DNA from: Candidatus Bathyarchaeota archaeon
Lineage (GTDB): Archaea > Thermoproteota > Bathyarchaeia > Bathyarchaeales > Bathycorpusculaceae
Direction: 5' to 3'
DNA: 64,000 bases
Assembly (NCBI GenBank): GCA_963717465.1
Contig: OY970340.1
Location: forward strand, 608,001-672,000
How positions within the stretch are numbered: the first letter of the stretch is position 1; the number at the start of each line of letters is the position of its first letter. Under the pieces are notes generated by a model. It worked only from the letters and a program-made list of their open reading frames with translations. It had not been told where the DNA came from and did not search any database. Shown here one piece after another: positions 31,544 through 42,349 of this stretch. The position numbers were made by a program, and so were the translations under genes.

Positions 31544-32911
31544 ATGAGTTCAAAGAAACTTTTTGGAACGAATGGAATTCGTGGATTAGTTAACAAGGAA
31601 TTAACCCCTGAAATGGCCATCAAAGTCGGCTCATCGATTGGAACTTTTTTTAAAAGAAAAGACTTGCTTGTAGGCTACGATGCGCGCACAAGCGGACCAA
31701 TGTTTTCTAAAGCAGTTATTTCTGGCCTAACATCAACAGGATGCAATGTGTATTTAGCTGGAATGGCACCGACACCCGCACTTCAATTTGCAATTAAAAA
31801 TCATAAAATGGACGGTGGAGTAATAATAACTGCATCACACAATCCTCCAGAATACAACGGCATCAAAGTCATCTGGAAAGATGGAATAGAAACTTCTCAT
31901 GAACAAGAAGAAAAAATAGAAAACATTTACTTTAAGGAAAAGCAGGTTCTTGCAGAATGGAATAGGCTCGGAGAAAAACGGGAATTACCTGCAATAAACG
32001 AGGAATACATTGAAGCAATAAAAAAACATGTCAACACTGCAAAAATAGCAAGCAAACAATTCCATGTTGTTGTAGACGCTGCTAATAGTGTTGGCGGTCT
32101 CACAGCGCCCATATTGCTTCGGGATTTAGGCTGCAAAGTTACAAGCTTAAACGCCAACATTGATGGAACTTTCCCCGGCAGGTTGCCTGAACCACGTCCA
32201 GAAAGCTTGGGTGATTTGGCTTCAACTGTAAAAGCCATAGGCGCAGACATGGGTGTGGCCTTTGATGGCGACGCGGACAGGTCAATATTTGTCTCAGAAA
32301 CAGGCGAAATTTACATGGGAGACAAATCATTCGCGATAATTTTGAAGCAATTCCTCATCGAGAATCCACATTCGAAAATTGTTACTCCAGTTAGTTCTTC
32401 AACGCTAATCAAAGATACTGTTGACGCTTACAAGGGCGAAATAGTGTGGACTAAAGTGGGAAGCGTTACGGTTTCCCAAAAAATGAAAGAAATAAAAGCC
32501 AAACTTGGTGGAGAAGAGAACGGCGGAGTTTTTTATGGTCCACATCAAGCAGTCAGGGATGGAGCAATGACAACTGCTTTAATTCTTAATATTATGGCTA
32601 AGACTGGAAAGAAACTTTCAGAGTTAGTGGACGAGCAACCGCAATACTTTATTGAGAAAGGAAAAGTTGAATGCCCTGAGGATAAGAAAGAGCCGCTTTT
32701 GAAGAAGTTGCTTGATCAAGTGAAAAATGAAAACGTAACTACGATTGATGGGGTGAAGATCTGGTTCGACGATAAAAGCGCGATTCTGATTAGACCAAGC
32801 GGTACAGAGCCTGTTTTTAGGTTATACGCGGAAGCTAAAAAGAAAGAAAAAGCATTAAAGCTAGTTAGCAACTACAGTTCAATTCTTACACGAATCATAA
32901 AGACCCTGTAA
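31544..32911 (+). CDS. glmM: Phosphoglucosamine mutase / phosphomannomutase
   Basis: FGTNGIRG, ITASHNP, FDGDADR, RPSGTEP. Confidence 0.85.
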   Translation: MSSKKLFGTNGIRGLVNKELTPEMAIKVGSSIGTFFKRKDLLVGYDARTSGPMFSKAVISGLTSTGCNVYLAGMAPTPALQFAIKNHKMDGGVIITASHNPPEYNGIKVIWKDGIETSHEQEEKIENIYFKEKQVLAEWNRLGEKRELPAINEEYIEAIKKHVNTAKIASKQFHVVVDAANSVGGLTAPILLRDLGCKVTSLNANIDGTFPGRLPEPRPESLGDLASTVKAIGADMGVAFDGDADRSIFVSETGEIYMGDKSFAIILKQFLIENPHSKIVTPVSSSTLIKDTVDAYKGEIVWTKVGSVTVSQKMKEIKAKLGGEENGGVFYGPHQAVRDGAMTTALILNIMAKTGKKLSELVDEQPQYFIEKGKVECPEDKKEPLLKKLLDQVKNENVTTIDGVKIWFDDKSAILIRPSGTEPVFRLYAEAKKKEKALKLVSNYSSILTRIIKTL

Positions 32912-32933
32912 GCAATAGGCATTATTTAGAAAA

Positions 32934-34289
32934 ATGGAGAATTTCCACTTTATGCCCTCGATGTTAACTGTAAAATCGGACGATGTCGATTCAAACGAGA
33001 AACGTTCAAAGTACACGGTAAGCGTTATAGAATGCAGGCAAAAAGGCGTTCTATACGCTAATGCTTTTGCGCAGGCTGGATTCAAGGTCATATGCGTTGA
33101 CCCTGACCAAAGCATAGTAAAAAAGTTGACAAGGGGAAAAGCTCCTTTTTCAGAAGTGGAAACTGAAATTCAACTGAAAAATCTTGTTAACGCCGACAAA
33201 ATATTGGCTTCAAACGATTTAAAAGAAACAGTTGCAAAGAGCGACATTATAGTGTTGACTTTAAACGGTAAACTTGATGACAAGAAGAATCCGAATTATT
33301 CTGAAGTGGAGAATACCTGCAAGCAAATAGGAGCCGTTTTACGTCAGGGCTCAATGGTTATTTATGAGGGTATTGCGTGTTTCGGTTTTATTGATGAAAT
33401 CGTTAAGGAATCATTGGAAAATTCTTCAGGTCTGAAAGCTGGAACAGGCTTTGGTTTGGCTTATGCGCCTATCCAAATGCTGGGAAGTCAACCCGTGAAG
33501 TCAATAACTAATACTGAGTTAATGCTAGCGGCGACTGATAAAACAAGCTTGAACTCTGCGTCAATCATACTGCAGACAATATCAAAAAACATTAAACAGG
33601 TAAAAGAAATAAAAACACTTGAATTAGCGACCCTTTTTATGCTTGCAAAAAAAGATACAGACACCGCCTTAGCCAATGAACTGGCAATTCTATGCGAAAA
33701 CGCAGGAACAGATTTTTTTGAAGTCTCCAAGCTCTTCAGCAATGGAGAACCAAGCTTTTACCCTGCAATTGCAGATGGAGACAAGAACAAAGAGTATTTC
33801 CTTCTTGATAGCGCTGAAAATTTAAACGTTAAACTTAGAATCCCCGCACTTTCTAGGCAAATAAACGAGGAAATGATGAAGCATGGAGCTTTCTTAGCGC
33901 AGGATGCTCTTAGTAGTTGCGGCAAAGCATTGAGGAGAGCAAGGATTGCAGTGCTCGGCGCTGTCAACTCTAAGGCTACAGCAAGCGCGTTTGTTAAGAT
34001 TTTAGAAGGCAAAGGCGCAAAGACAAATATTTATGACCCAGCCATGGCAGAAACGGATGAAGCATCGCAAAATTTCAAGAGAAATATGACTGAAGCAGTG
34101 GAAGGAACCGATTGTGTCATCTTGTTATCAGATACAGATCAGTTTAAACGTCTAAATTTAAAGAAACTTAAAGCTCAAATGAAAAATCCAGCAGTGATCA
34201 TAGATTTAATTGGTTTAATTGAACCAGAAAAAGTTGAGGCAGAAGGCTTCATATACCGAGGATTTGGAAGAGGGAACGGTAAACATTGA
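32934..34289 (+). CDS. UDP-glucose/GDP-mannose dehydrogenase-fold protein lacking catalytic motifs
   Basis: Three-domain layout recognisable (LENSSGLKAG, ALANELAILCE, YRGFGRG) but the GxGxxG, PER and GGxC motifs are absent. Confidence 0.75.
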   Translation: MENFHFMPSMLTVKSDDVDSNEKRSKYTVSVIECRQKGVLYANAFAQAGFKVICVDPDQSIVKKLTRGKAPFSEVETEIQLKNLVNADKILASNDLKETVAKSDIIVLTLNGKLDDKKNPNYSEVENTCKQIGAVLRQGSMVIYEGIACFGFIDEIVKESLENSSGLKAGTGFGLAYAPIQMLGSQPVKSITNTELMLAATDKTSLNSASIILQTISKNIKQVKEIKTLELATLFMLAKKDTDTALANELAILCENAGTDFFEVSKLFSNGEPSFYPAIADGDKNKEYFLLDSAENLNVKLRIPALSRQINEEMMKHGAFLAQDALSSCGKALRRARIAVLGAVNSKATASAFVKILEGKGAKTNIYDPAMAETDEASQNFKRNMTEAVEGTDCVILLSDTDQFKRLNLKKLKAQMKNPAVIIDLIGLIEPEKVEAEGFIYRGFGRGNGKH

Positions 34290-35237
34290 AGAAACTTGGA
34301 GTAGCAGTAATAGGAACAGGTTTTTGGGGAAAAAACCACGCAAGAGTCTACAAGGAGTTACCATCAACTGAACTTGTAGCAGTATGCGACGTCAACCCTG
34401 AAAGGGCAAAAATCACAGCTGAACAGTTCGGCGTAAAAGCTTACACCAATAGCACACAACTGCTGAAAAACAAAGAAGTTGAAGCATTAAGCGTGTGCGT
34501 GTGGTCAACACATCTTGCTCAAGAAGCACTCAAAGCCCTTCACGCGGGAAAACATGTACTAGTAGAAAAACCCATGGCGACTAACACTAAGCAAGCTCAA
34601 AAACTTGTGGAAACCGCCAAGCAAAACGGCCTTCACTTGACTGTTGGGTTTTTGATGAGGTTCATTCCCGGGTCTTGTACAGATCCATGAAGCGGTTGAA
34701 AACAAAAAAATCGGCGAATTAGTCTGCGCGACAGCCAAACGTGTTGCTCAGTGGCCTGAAAGAATAGGCGATGTTGGAGTAGTAAAAGACACAGCAATTC
34801 ACGATATTGATGTCATGCGCTTCATATCAGGTAAGGACCCGGTAACAGTTTACGCTAAAATGGGAAGCAGACGGATAAAGAAATTTGAGGATTACGCTCA
34901 GATAATGTTAACTTATGAAGGTGGAGAAACTGCATTCATCGAATCCAATTGGCTTACTCCCTACAAAACGAGATTGTTAACTGTTACTGGAAGTGAAGCC
35001 ATAATGAAGCTGGATTATATTACGCAGGATCTTTGGATTGAACGTCAAAAAGAAACAGTGCAACCAAGATACCCACAGCAAGAGCCGCTGAAACTTGAGC
35101 TTCAACACTTCTCAGAGTGTATATTGGAAAAGAAAAAACCACTTATAAGGGGAGAAGACGGCGTAAAAGCCTTGCAAGTTGCTGAAGCAGCAATCGTATC
35201 ATCAGCAAAAAACAAATCGGTGAATTTAAAGAATTAA
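34286..35237 (+). CDS. Gfo/Idh/MocA oxidoreductase (frameshift near 34675)
   Basis: IGTGFWG, HVLVEKP, DTAIHDID. Confidence 0.88.
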
Positions 35238-35245
35238 TCTTAATA

Positions 35246-35515
35246 TTATTTTAAGCTGAAAGGTTTGCCTTCTGCAACAATTTTTGCTGGTATCTTATCT
35301 TTCCATTTTTTCAAAAACGGTAAGTCTTCAGTTTCTTTTCGCAATTCATCGGGCAACATTTCGGGGATTTCATCTCTTATAGGGTACCATCGTAAACATT
35401 TTGGGCAAACGATTAAGCCTTCCACTATTTCCTCTTTTTCCTCAAAAACATGAAGCTCAAGTGGATAATACTTATCGATTGGGCAAGCGAGAATATCCAT
35501 TAACTTACGTTTCAT
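35246..35515 (-). CDS. Trm112 family protein
   Basis: LMDILACP...CPKCLRWYPIRDEIPEML. Confidence 0.9.
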   Translation of the reverse strand: MKRKLMDILACPIDKYYPLELHVFEEKEEIVEGLIVCPKCLRWYPIRDEIPEMLPDELRKETEDLPFLKKWKDKIPAKIVAEGKPFSLK

Positions 35516-35550
35516 TCCAAACCACAATAAAAGTTAACGCTAAATGCTTA

Positions 35551-36405
35551 TTAAAACTTGCTTGGTAAACCAGCTACGCGAATATCTAAAACAGTCTGAT
35601 ACCAGTTCGGCCCAGTGCTTCGCACAATACGCGAAAAGCAAAACTCGTAAGCCACGCCTAACTCATCAAGCTTCTCAGCGACCTTCAGTGAGGTCTTTGC
35701 AGTGGGATCCTCTTTTTTGGTTGCATGTTCAAAATCGTAATAGTGAATCCATCCACCCGAGGGTTTAACGGCTAACAATGCATAAGGCAGATATTCGAGC
35801 GCTTTTTCGGGCAAAGGCATCAAAACCCGGTCTGCAACCCCTTTCAATTGTGCGTTGACAATTTCTTTTGAATCTCCTAACAACGCAACCACTTTATCAT
35901 CAACGTGATTAAGAACAACGTTCTTTTTCATGTATTCAATCGCGGTGGGATTAATATCAATAGAAAATATCTTGAAGCCGGCTGCTTTCTTAGCAATCAT
36001 TATGGAGAAACAGCCTACACCTGCAAACATGTTAACAACGGTCTCACCATGCTTAACTAGGCTTGCAATACGTGACCGCTCATGCGAAAGTCTTGGTGAA
36101 AAATAGCAGTTCTCAACATCCACCGTAAAAGCGCATCCGAATTCCCTGTGAACAGTAACGGGATTGTCTTCTCCAGACAAACACAGCAACTTTCGAACTC
36201 TAAAATCTCCGTTAATGGGACTGACTTGAACAAAAACCGTTTTTACATTCTTGTAAACCAACTTGATGGCTTCTGCTGCTTTTTTGGCGACTTCAAGATT
36301 ATCATCTGGCACTTTTATAACAGCAATTTTTCCAATCACATCGTATGAACTGTAAATTTTACCTTTCGCCTCATCGCAGAGATAATTTTGCAGCCTTTTC
36401 CTCAA
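35551..36405 (-). CDS. Trm5/Taw2 family tRNA modification SAM-dependent transferase
   Basis: YFSPRLSHER, NMFAGVG, DINP, ADRVLMPLP. Confidence 0.88.
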   Translation of the reverse strand: MRKRLQNYLCDEAKGKIYSSYDVIGKIAVIKVPDDNLEVAKKAAEAIKLVYKNVKTVFVQVSPINGDFRVRKLLCLSGEDNPVTVHREFGCAFTVDVENCYFSPRLSHERSRIASLVKHGETVVNMFAGVGCFSIMIAKKAAGFKIFSIDINPTAIEYMKKNVVLNHVDDKVVALLGDSKEIVNAQLKGVADRVLMPLPEKALEYLPYALLAVKPSGGWIHYYDFEHATKKEDPTAKTSLKVAEKLDELGVAYEFCFSRIVRSTGPNWYQTVLDIRVAGLPSKF

Positions 36406-36718
36406 GATATATCCATCACCAACAAAGTCATTGGAAACGTTTAAAAGAACTTTACCAAAAGAAAACGATGATTTTCAAATGCATCGCTTTTTTAGCATCG
36501 TGTTGAATAGTGCCAAGCTATGCTCATAAACGTATATCGCTAAAATTCAGAGCATAACAAGTTATAGCCAAGCGAGATGGATTTTTATGATCATACGCAT
36601 TAATTCAAATTCGCTTCTCTTGAGTGAACAAATGTTTAGAAGTTTATGTGAAGCTTAAAAAAGCGTAGTCTTTGCCTTCCGAAAATCTTTTAAACACATC
36701 GGTATTAAGTGTGGAACT

Positions 36719-36916
36719 GTGAAAATCATGCCGTCACTTGATAGTGCAAAAAAGAAGACTGAAGTAGAAGCAAAAAAAGGCGTTGAAGGATTAAAGAAAG
36801 TCGAGGCTAAGGTTGTTAAGGAAGCCAAAGTAGTTGGCGCTGACGCAAAGAAAGCAGGCCACAAACTTGTTGACGAAACGGAAAAAGCAGCAAAGAAGGT
36901 AAAGGAAAAAGTTTAG
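36719..36916 (+). CDS. Small Lys/Glu/Ala-rich amphipathic protein
   Basis: Own TATA-like box, downstream T-tract, repetitive helical composition. Confidence 0.65.
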   Translation: MKIMPSLDSAKKKTEVEAKKGVEGLKKVEAKVVKEAKVVGADAKKAGHKLVDETEKAAKKVKEKV

Positions 36917-37070
36917 CCCTGTCTACTTTCTATCCTTTTTTTTAACATTGCCACTCACGGGAAGTAGATAACTGACTATTTTGCTCAAAAACTAAAAAAG
37001 GCGCAAAAGAAAGGGCAAAATCAAACTAATGGAAAAATAGGCATTTTTACGCTCAATTAAAAACATAAAT

Positions 37071-37838
37071 ATGGCGGTTAGCAAAAAGAAAAAGGCTGTT
37101 ACAGTTGGTGCTTTGATGGTTGTTCCAGTTGATGTTGAACTAGTGGCTCAAGATGCAAACAAAGCATCTAAAAGAGGAGACCTCATAATCGTAATCGACA
37201 TTATCAGAGCTACAACTAGCATCATAGCCTCACTTGCTAACGGAGCGAAATCTGTTGTTCCTATCCAGACCATTAAAGAAGCCAAGCTATTACGCAATAA
37301 ACACACTAACTACCTTCTTGCGGGGGAACGAAATGGCGTTAAACCCAAAGGATTCGACTTGGATAACTCCCCCTTGTCGCTTATTAAAGAGAATGTAGAG
37401 AGTAAAAATCTCATTATAACTACTACTAACGGAACAAAAGCTTTAGTCAAGTCAAAGAGGGCAAAATGGGTTATAGTAGGTGCCTTCGTCAATGCTGATG
37501 CAGTTGCTAAAAAAAGTGTGGAGATTGCCAGCAAGAATGAAGTCGGCATATCATTTGTGCTGGCTGGTCAAGACAACCATTTTGCAGTAGAGGACTTTAT
37601 TTGCGCTGGAGGAATCATTGAAAGGCTTCCAAATAACATTGTTGAGCTTTCAGACAAGGCGTTAGGAGCACTATTAGCCTTCAATGGTGCTAAGCAAACT
37701 CTACAAGAGAACATCCGCAAAAGCAAACATGCTCAAGAATTACTGAAAATCGGCTTTAGCAGAGACATAGAGTTCGCTTGCCACATGGACTTTTACAATT
37801 TAGTACCATTTTATCATGATGGAAAAATAACTTTGTAA
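37071..37838 (+). CDS. comB: 2-phosphosulfolactate phosphatase family protein
   Basis: VIDIIRATT, GER, DNSP, TTTNGT, EDFICAG. Confidence 0.88.
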   Translation: MAVSKKKKAVTVGALMVVPVDVELVAQDANKASKRGDLIIVIDIIRATTSIIASLANGAKSVVPIQTIKEAKLLRNKHTNYLLAGERNGVKPKGFDLDNSPLSLIKENVESKNLIITTTNGTKALVKSKRAKWVIVGAFVNADAVAKKSVEIASKNEVGISFVLAGQDNHFAVEDFICAGGIIERLPNNIVELSDKALGALLAFNGAKQTLQENIRKSKHAQELLKIGFSRDIEFACHMDFYNLVPFYHDGKITL

Positions 37839-38093
37839 AGTGGGTTAAAATCGTGCACTTTTGCACTCCTGCTAATTTTCGAAACATTGTACAACGACTA
37901 AAAATACTTTATACTTGTTCGAAAAATCGCTGAAAACTTTAGAATATTGACAAAATATCAGCCCATTCTATTTTCCACACCAGAGCTAGGGCTTTTTCTT
38001 GCAGAAAAGAGGGCATGGATAAGGGCAGAATATTACGAATTTTTCGGAAAGTTTAAAAGCAAAATACTTTCCTTTGTAGGAAGAGGCGTTTCC

Positions 38094-38255
38094 ATGGAAA
38101 AGTCAGGAATAGTTTATGAGTGCATGAGATGTGGATCCAGAGTTCCATCGGAAGAACTGGAGCTTAGAGGCGGAGAAACTAAGTGCATTATTTGTGGTTA
38201 TAGGATTCTAAAAAAGGTTAAGCCGCCGGTAGTGAAACGTGTCCAATCACGCTGA
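38094..38255 (+). CDS. rpoP: RNA polymerase subunit P (Rpo12)
   Basis: YECMRCG...KCIICGYRILKK. Confidence 0.9.
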   Translation: MEKSGIVYECMRCGSRVPSEELELRGGETKCIICGYRILKKVKPPVVKRVQSR

Positions 38256-38308
38256 AAAAGACTTGCCTTTAACAAAGGCAAGTAAGCAATGTTTTTGCTG
38301 CCTTAATT

Positions 38309-38635
38309 TTAGTAGTAGTCGTCACCAAGTTTTCGGAGTGCTTTCCCTTTAATCTTCACCGGTTTTGATGTGTTAAAGTCTTCGTCTTCTGGCGCCCTTT
38401 CAACTGTTTGCCGCTTTACTGTTTCACCGCATATGCCTTTTGGCAATAGTCTGCGTTTTGAGCACATCGAATATGTGCAGTTTGCAAGGTTGCAGATTTC
38501 TTCGGTCCATCTACACCAAACAGTGTCTCGGCGGAAGTAAGCAGAGTTTTTACCACATTTAAAAGATGGGCATGTTGGGGAACAGGTTTTTGATTGAACC
38601 AACAGATACACCTCAATCTTCCAATCAAAATTCAA
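38309..38635 (-). CDS. Cys-rich hypothetical protein (start uncertain)
   Basis: Eight Cys residues in a compact domain. Confidence 0.65.
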   Translation of the reverse strand: MNFDWKIEVYLLVQSKTCSPTCPSFKCGKNSAYFRRDTVWCRWTEEICNLANCTYSMCSKRRLLPKGICGETVKRQTVERAPEDEDFNTSKPVKIKGKALRKLGDDYY

Positions 38636-38702
38636 ATTGTACAGTTCTTATTGTTTGAGAGATTTCTGGTTTACTAATAATATAAACTTTTTTATGTAAA
38701 AG

Positions 38703-40805
38703 CTATTTTTTTACGTTTAGGCTTGTTGTGGAAACCACTTTTCTTCGCCTAAAGATTTCGATGAACAAAAACAAAAGTAAGGAGGCTAAAACCAAAATGA
38801 ATGCTGTAAAGGCGTTGGTTGCAACCATGAATGAACCTAAGCTAATGAATTCACCCATTTTGATTGGAACAGTCGTTGAGCCATCGATCGTCAGGCTTAC
38901 TGTCTGATAATTATTCTCCATTCCTGAAGGATAGGCCACTACTTGCATGCTGCCGCCAATAAAATTGTAGAAAGTTACCGTTCCATTACTTGATGTTATG
39001 GCTGATTTCACCTCATTTCCAGGACCAGAAAGCGTAACATTCGCGTTTGCTACCGGTTGGCCGAAGAAGTCAACAACCTTTACCGTAACTTGAATACCAT
39101 ACAGGGAGCATTGAACTGTGATTTGTGAGTCGTTGAAAACTTCAATATTAGTTTGTTTAAGCAAGACATCTCCTGAATAAACGCTTAACTGGTACATTCC
39201 AAACGTAACTGGCAGACTGACTACTCCATTAGTGTTTGTTGTTCCGTTTTGGAATATGCCGTTTGTTAATTCAATAAGAGTTAGATGGGCGTTAGGGATT
39301 GGGGTAGAAGTGCTGTCAAGTATTGTTAACGTTAAATTTTGAGTTGGACAAATAATGGTTACGTCAGAAACTGGTTGCAACGGAAGACTAGAAATTGTGT
39401 TATTACCGATGTTGAAGACTTCCCCGTAGATTGAAGCGTTGATTATGTAATTGATACCCGTAAGTGTTGAATTGTAAACGTAATTTCCATTGTCGTCTGT
39501 TTGACCCTGCACAGTCGTGTTATAGCTTGAACCATTCGTGCTTGAGACGTATTGGAAAGTTAAAGTCAAGTCGATACCGCGCATTAAAACGCCATCTGCA
39601 TTTTCAACTGTTACGTTAATGTCAGTTAAATTACAGGTCAAATCATAAGTGGCTGCTCCAGTTATGGTCTGATTTAATTGACCAACTTGCACTACACCAA
39701 GATAATAAGCAGTTATGACAACGTCGCCTAACTCGAGATTAAAACTCGCCAGTCCATCACTTCCACTAGTCGCATTGTAAGTGATGTTCGTTGCTAAATC
39801 ACATGCTTGGACATCTATTGAAGGTACAACTTCGCCTGCCAAATTGAAAGTGTGCACTTGAATTGGGTAACCTGATATGTAAAATACTTGGGTGTCGTTT
39901 ACGGTTTTGTTTGTGGTTTGAGAAATTATTGTTACGTTATACTCGTCTATTGGCGCGTTGGGGGGCACAGTCCAATCTGTACTAATTATTCCAATACTTG
40001 ACGCTTTCAAATCTTCAGTGAGGAATGTAGTGTTTGTATCTGTGTCAGTTATTGTTAGTGTTGCATTCTCGCCTGATTGATAGCCTGCAGCTTGAATTTG
40101 AACTGTATCGTTTCTATGATACTGTGTTGCGTTAGTTAATCCAATAGTAAACTCGTCGTAAGCCAGACTGCTGGAATAGTTAAAATATGCAATGTAAGTT
40201 CCGACGTAATTTGTTGTTGCATTACTAAAATCATCTGGAAATACAATTTGTTGTTGAGCAGTTCCATTTGCGGATGTGCTCGATAAAGCAACAGCAGTAG
40301 AATTTGTGCCCAAAGACGAAGGAAGCACTACTGTTACATTAGCAGCATATGAAGTGCCGACTTGTCCTCCAGTCACATTTACATTTAATGCAACACTGTT
40401 TCCTTCCTGCAGTTGCAAAGGCGATGAAGGAACAATTGCTTCAATGTTGTAGCCGATTGTTACTGTAAAGTTTACGTTTGCAGTGTCACCCGTTGTAATA
40501 TCTTGAAGCGTTACATTGTAGGTGCCGCCTGAAATCTCGGGAACAGTGAAAACGGAGACCGCTGCATACGACACTGAAGTGTTTGTTAACACTAAATCAT
40601 TATTGAACAAAATATGGTATTGACCGTTTTCAGTTGTGATGTTTCCTTGCAGAGTCACGTTTGTGCCCACGTTTCCACTTGACGTGCTAAGTTGACCGAT
40701 TGCTGTACTCACACTCGTGGCAGATACATCTGGGATGGGTAATAACAGTAAGACTCCTGAGGTCAATATCAGGAAGCAAATTAAAGCAGCCAAACGTTTA
40801 TGCAA
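38703..40805 (-). CDS. Secreted, membrane-anchored surface glycoprotein with carboxypeptidase-regulatory-like repeats
   Basis: Signal peptide, many N-x-S/T sequons, beta-rich repeats, C-terminal TM plus basic tail. Confidence 0.8.
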   Translation of the reverse strand: MHKRLAALICFLILTSGVLLLLPIPDVSATSVSTAIGQLSTSSGNVGTNVTLQGNITTENGQYHILFNNDLVLTNTSVSYAAVSVFTVPEISGGTYNVTLQDITTGDTANVNFTVTIGYNIEAIVPSSPLQLQEGNSVALNVNVTGGQVGTSYAANVTVVLPSSLGTNSTAVALSSTSANGTAQQQIVFPDDFSNATTNYVGTYIAYFNYSSSLAYDEFTIGLTNATQYHRNDTVQIQAAGYQSGENATLTITDTDTNTTFLTEDLKASSIGIISTDWTVPPNAPIDEYNVTIISQTTNKTVNDTQVFYISGYPIQVHTFNLAGEVVPSIDVQACDLATNITYNATSGSDGLASFNLELGDVVITAYYLGVVQVGQLNQTITGAATYDLTCNLTDINVTVENADGVLMRGIDLTLTFQYVSSTNGSSYNTTVQGQTDDNGNYVYNSTLTGINYIINASIYGEVFNIGNNTISSLPLQPVSDVTIICPTQNLTLTILDSTSTPIPNAHLTLIELTNGIFQNGTTNTNGVVSLPVTFGMYQLSVYSGDVLLKQTNIEVFNDSQITVQCSLYGIQVTVKVVDFFGQPVANANVTLSGPGNEVKSAITSSNGTVTFYNFIGGSMQVVAYPSGMENNYQTVSLTIDGSTTVPIKMGEFISLGSFMVATNAFTAFILVLASLLLFLFIEIFRRRKVVSTTSLNVKK

Positions 40806-40981
40806 AGTAATCGTTCTCCAATCTGTATTTTATTTTATAACTGACGATGGATAGTATTTTAAACTTGCCTTTCATTAGCTGAGATGTTACCTTTCTTTCT
40901 TTAGAACACAATTTGGAAAGCAATATAATACTGAAAAATTACTCTTAGAAGGACCTAGAAAACTCGGTGAGAAAGTAAATC

Positions 40982-41938
40982 TTGGAAAATACAATTCCAT
41001 CTCAGCTTATTCAAGCATTAAAAAAGCAAAAGTACCATATAATAGGCAATCATTCAGCAGTTAAAAGGTGCAAATGGTTTTATGAATCCTTAATTAACGA
41101 CAGAACATGCTACAAACAAAAATTCTACGGCATTAAAAGTCATCAATGCATACAGATGACGCCTTCATTGTTCTATTGCACTCAACAATGCCTTTTTTGT
41201 TGGAGAGCTCAAAGCGGAGACTTGCAAGTTACATGGGATGAAATGAAGATGCCTGTAGTTGACGCGCCGGAGAGGATTGTTGAAGGAAGCATTAAAGCGC
41301 AAGAGAAGATTCTGAGTGGGTATAAGGGCAACGTCAAGATTAATTGGCATAAGTTTACAGAAGCTTTAACGCCAAAGCATGTAGCTATAAGTTTAACTGG
41401 GGAGCCAACTCTTTACGAGCCTATTGGTGAATTAATCAGAAATTTTCACAAAAGAAACTTTACAACGTTCCTAGTGTCTAACGGAACTCTCCCTCACAGG
41501 CTTGCAAATCTTAGTGAAGAACCAACGCAACTGTACATCTCCGTCTGTGCACCCAACGAGCAGATTTACAAGCAGGTTTGTCGTCCTCAATTAATGGACG
41601 CTTGGAGTAAACTGAATAAGTCCTTAGAGTTGCTTAGCAGTTTTAAATGTCCAACTGTAACTCGGATGACGTTGGTTAAAAATCTTAATATGAGCAATTT
41701 TGATGAATATGCGAGACTTATAGCGAAAGCTAATCCGACTTTTATTGAAGCTAAAGCGTACATGCATATTGGTTTCTCAAATCTTCGGTTAAGCTTTGAC
41801 AGCATGCCTCAGCATTTTGAAGTGAAAGATTTCGCAAAGAATTTAGCTGAAAAGACTGGATACAACATCATTGATGAAGCAGTTGACAGCAGAGTTGTAT
41901 TATTAAGTAAACTGGAGCGACCTTGTATTAGCAAATAA
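40982..41938 (+). CDS. taw1: 4-demethylwyosine synthase (radical SAM)
   Basis: HSAVKRCKW, CYKQKFYGI, CTQQCLFCWR, SLTGEP. Confidence 0.93.
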   Translation: MENTIPSQLIQALKKQKYHIIGNHSAVKRCKWFYESLINDRTCYKQKFYGIKSHQCIQMTPSLFYCTQQCLFCWRAQSGDLQVTWDEMKMPVVDAPERIVEGSIKAQEKILSGYKGNVKINWHKFTEALTPKHVAISLTGEPTLYEPIGELIRNFHKRNFTTFLVSNGTLPHRLANLSEEPTQLYISVCAPNEQIYKQVCRPQLMDAWSKLNKSLELLSSFKCPTVTRMTLVKNLNMSNFDEYARLIAKANPTFIEAKAYMHIGFSNLRLSFDSMPQHFEVKDFAKNLAEKTGYNIIDEAVDSRVVLLSKLERPCISK

Positions 41939-42076
41939 TGCAGGCGCTTGCATTAGCAAATAATTCATTTGGATAATGTTTTGAAACAAATTAAAAAACA
42001 TCGTATGTCTTGAGGATAACTTTAAATACTTTGGAATTAACTTGCAAACAAGTTTAATTATCGGTCGGTTGCGGTC

Positions 42077-42271
42077 ATGGTAAACGAAGGGAAAGGACGC
42101 TTATTCAGGAGAAAAGACGGCAAGTACTTAATCTACATTCCAAAAGATTTAGCGGAAGACAGCATGTTCCCATTCAAAGGGGCAGAGTCAATATTCGTAA
42201 AAGTAAGTTTTAAACTGGGAAACAACCAACTTTTAATAGAAAAATGGAATTCAGAACAAACGGCAGCATAA
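42077..42271 (+). CDS. Small AbrB-like hypothetical protein
   Basis: GKYLIYIPKDLAEDSMFPF; upstream TATA. Confidence 0.65.
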   Translation: MVNEGKGRLFRRKDGKYLIYIPKDLAEDSMFPFKGAESIFVKVSFKLGNNQLLIEKWNSEQTAA

Positions 42272-42349
42272 TAACAAACTAAAAAAAACAGCTTACATAA
42301 TTATTTTATCTGTAATTAGCTAATCATTATTCGGATTTAGGGTGAAAAC

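Noticed and set aside
37071..37838. comB as evidence of coenzyme M synthesis or methanogenesis
   Set aside because: The family is widespread and no other CoM or mcr genes are in the window.
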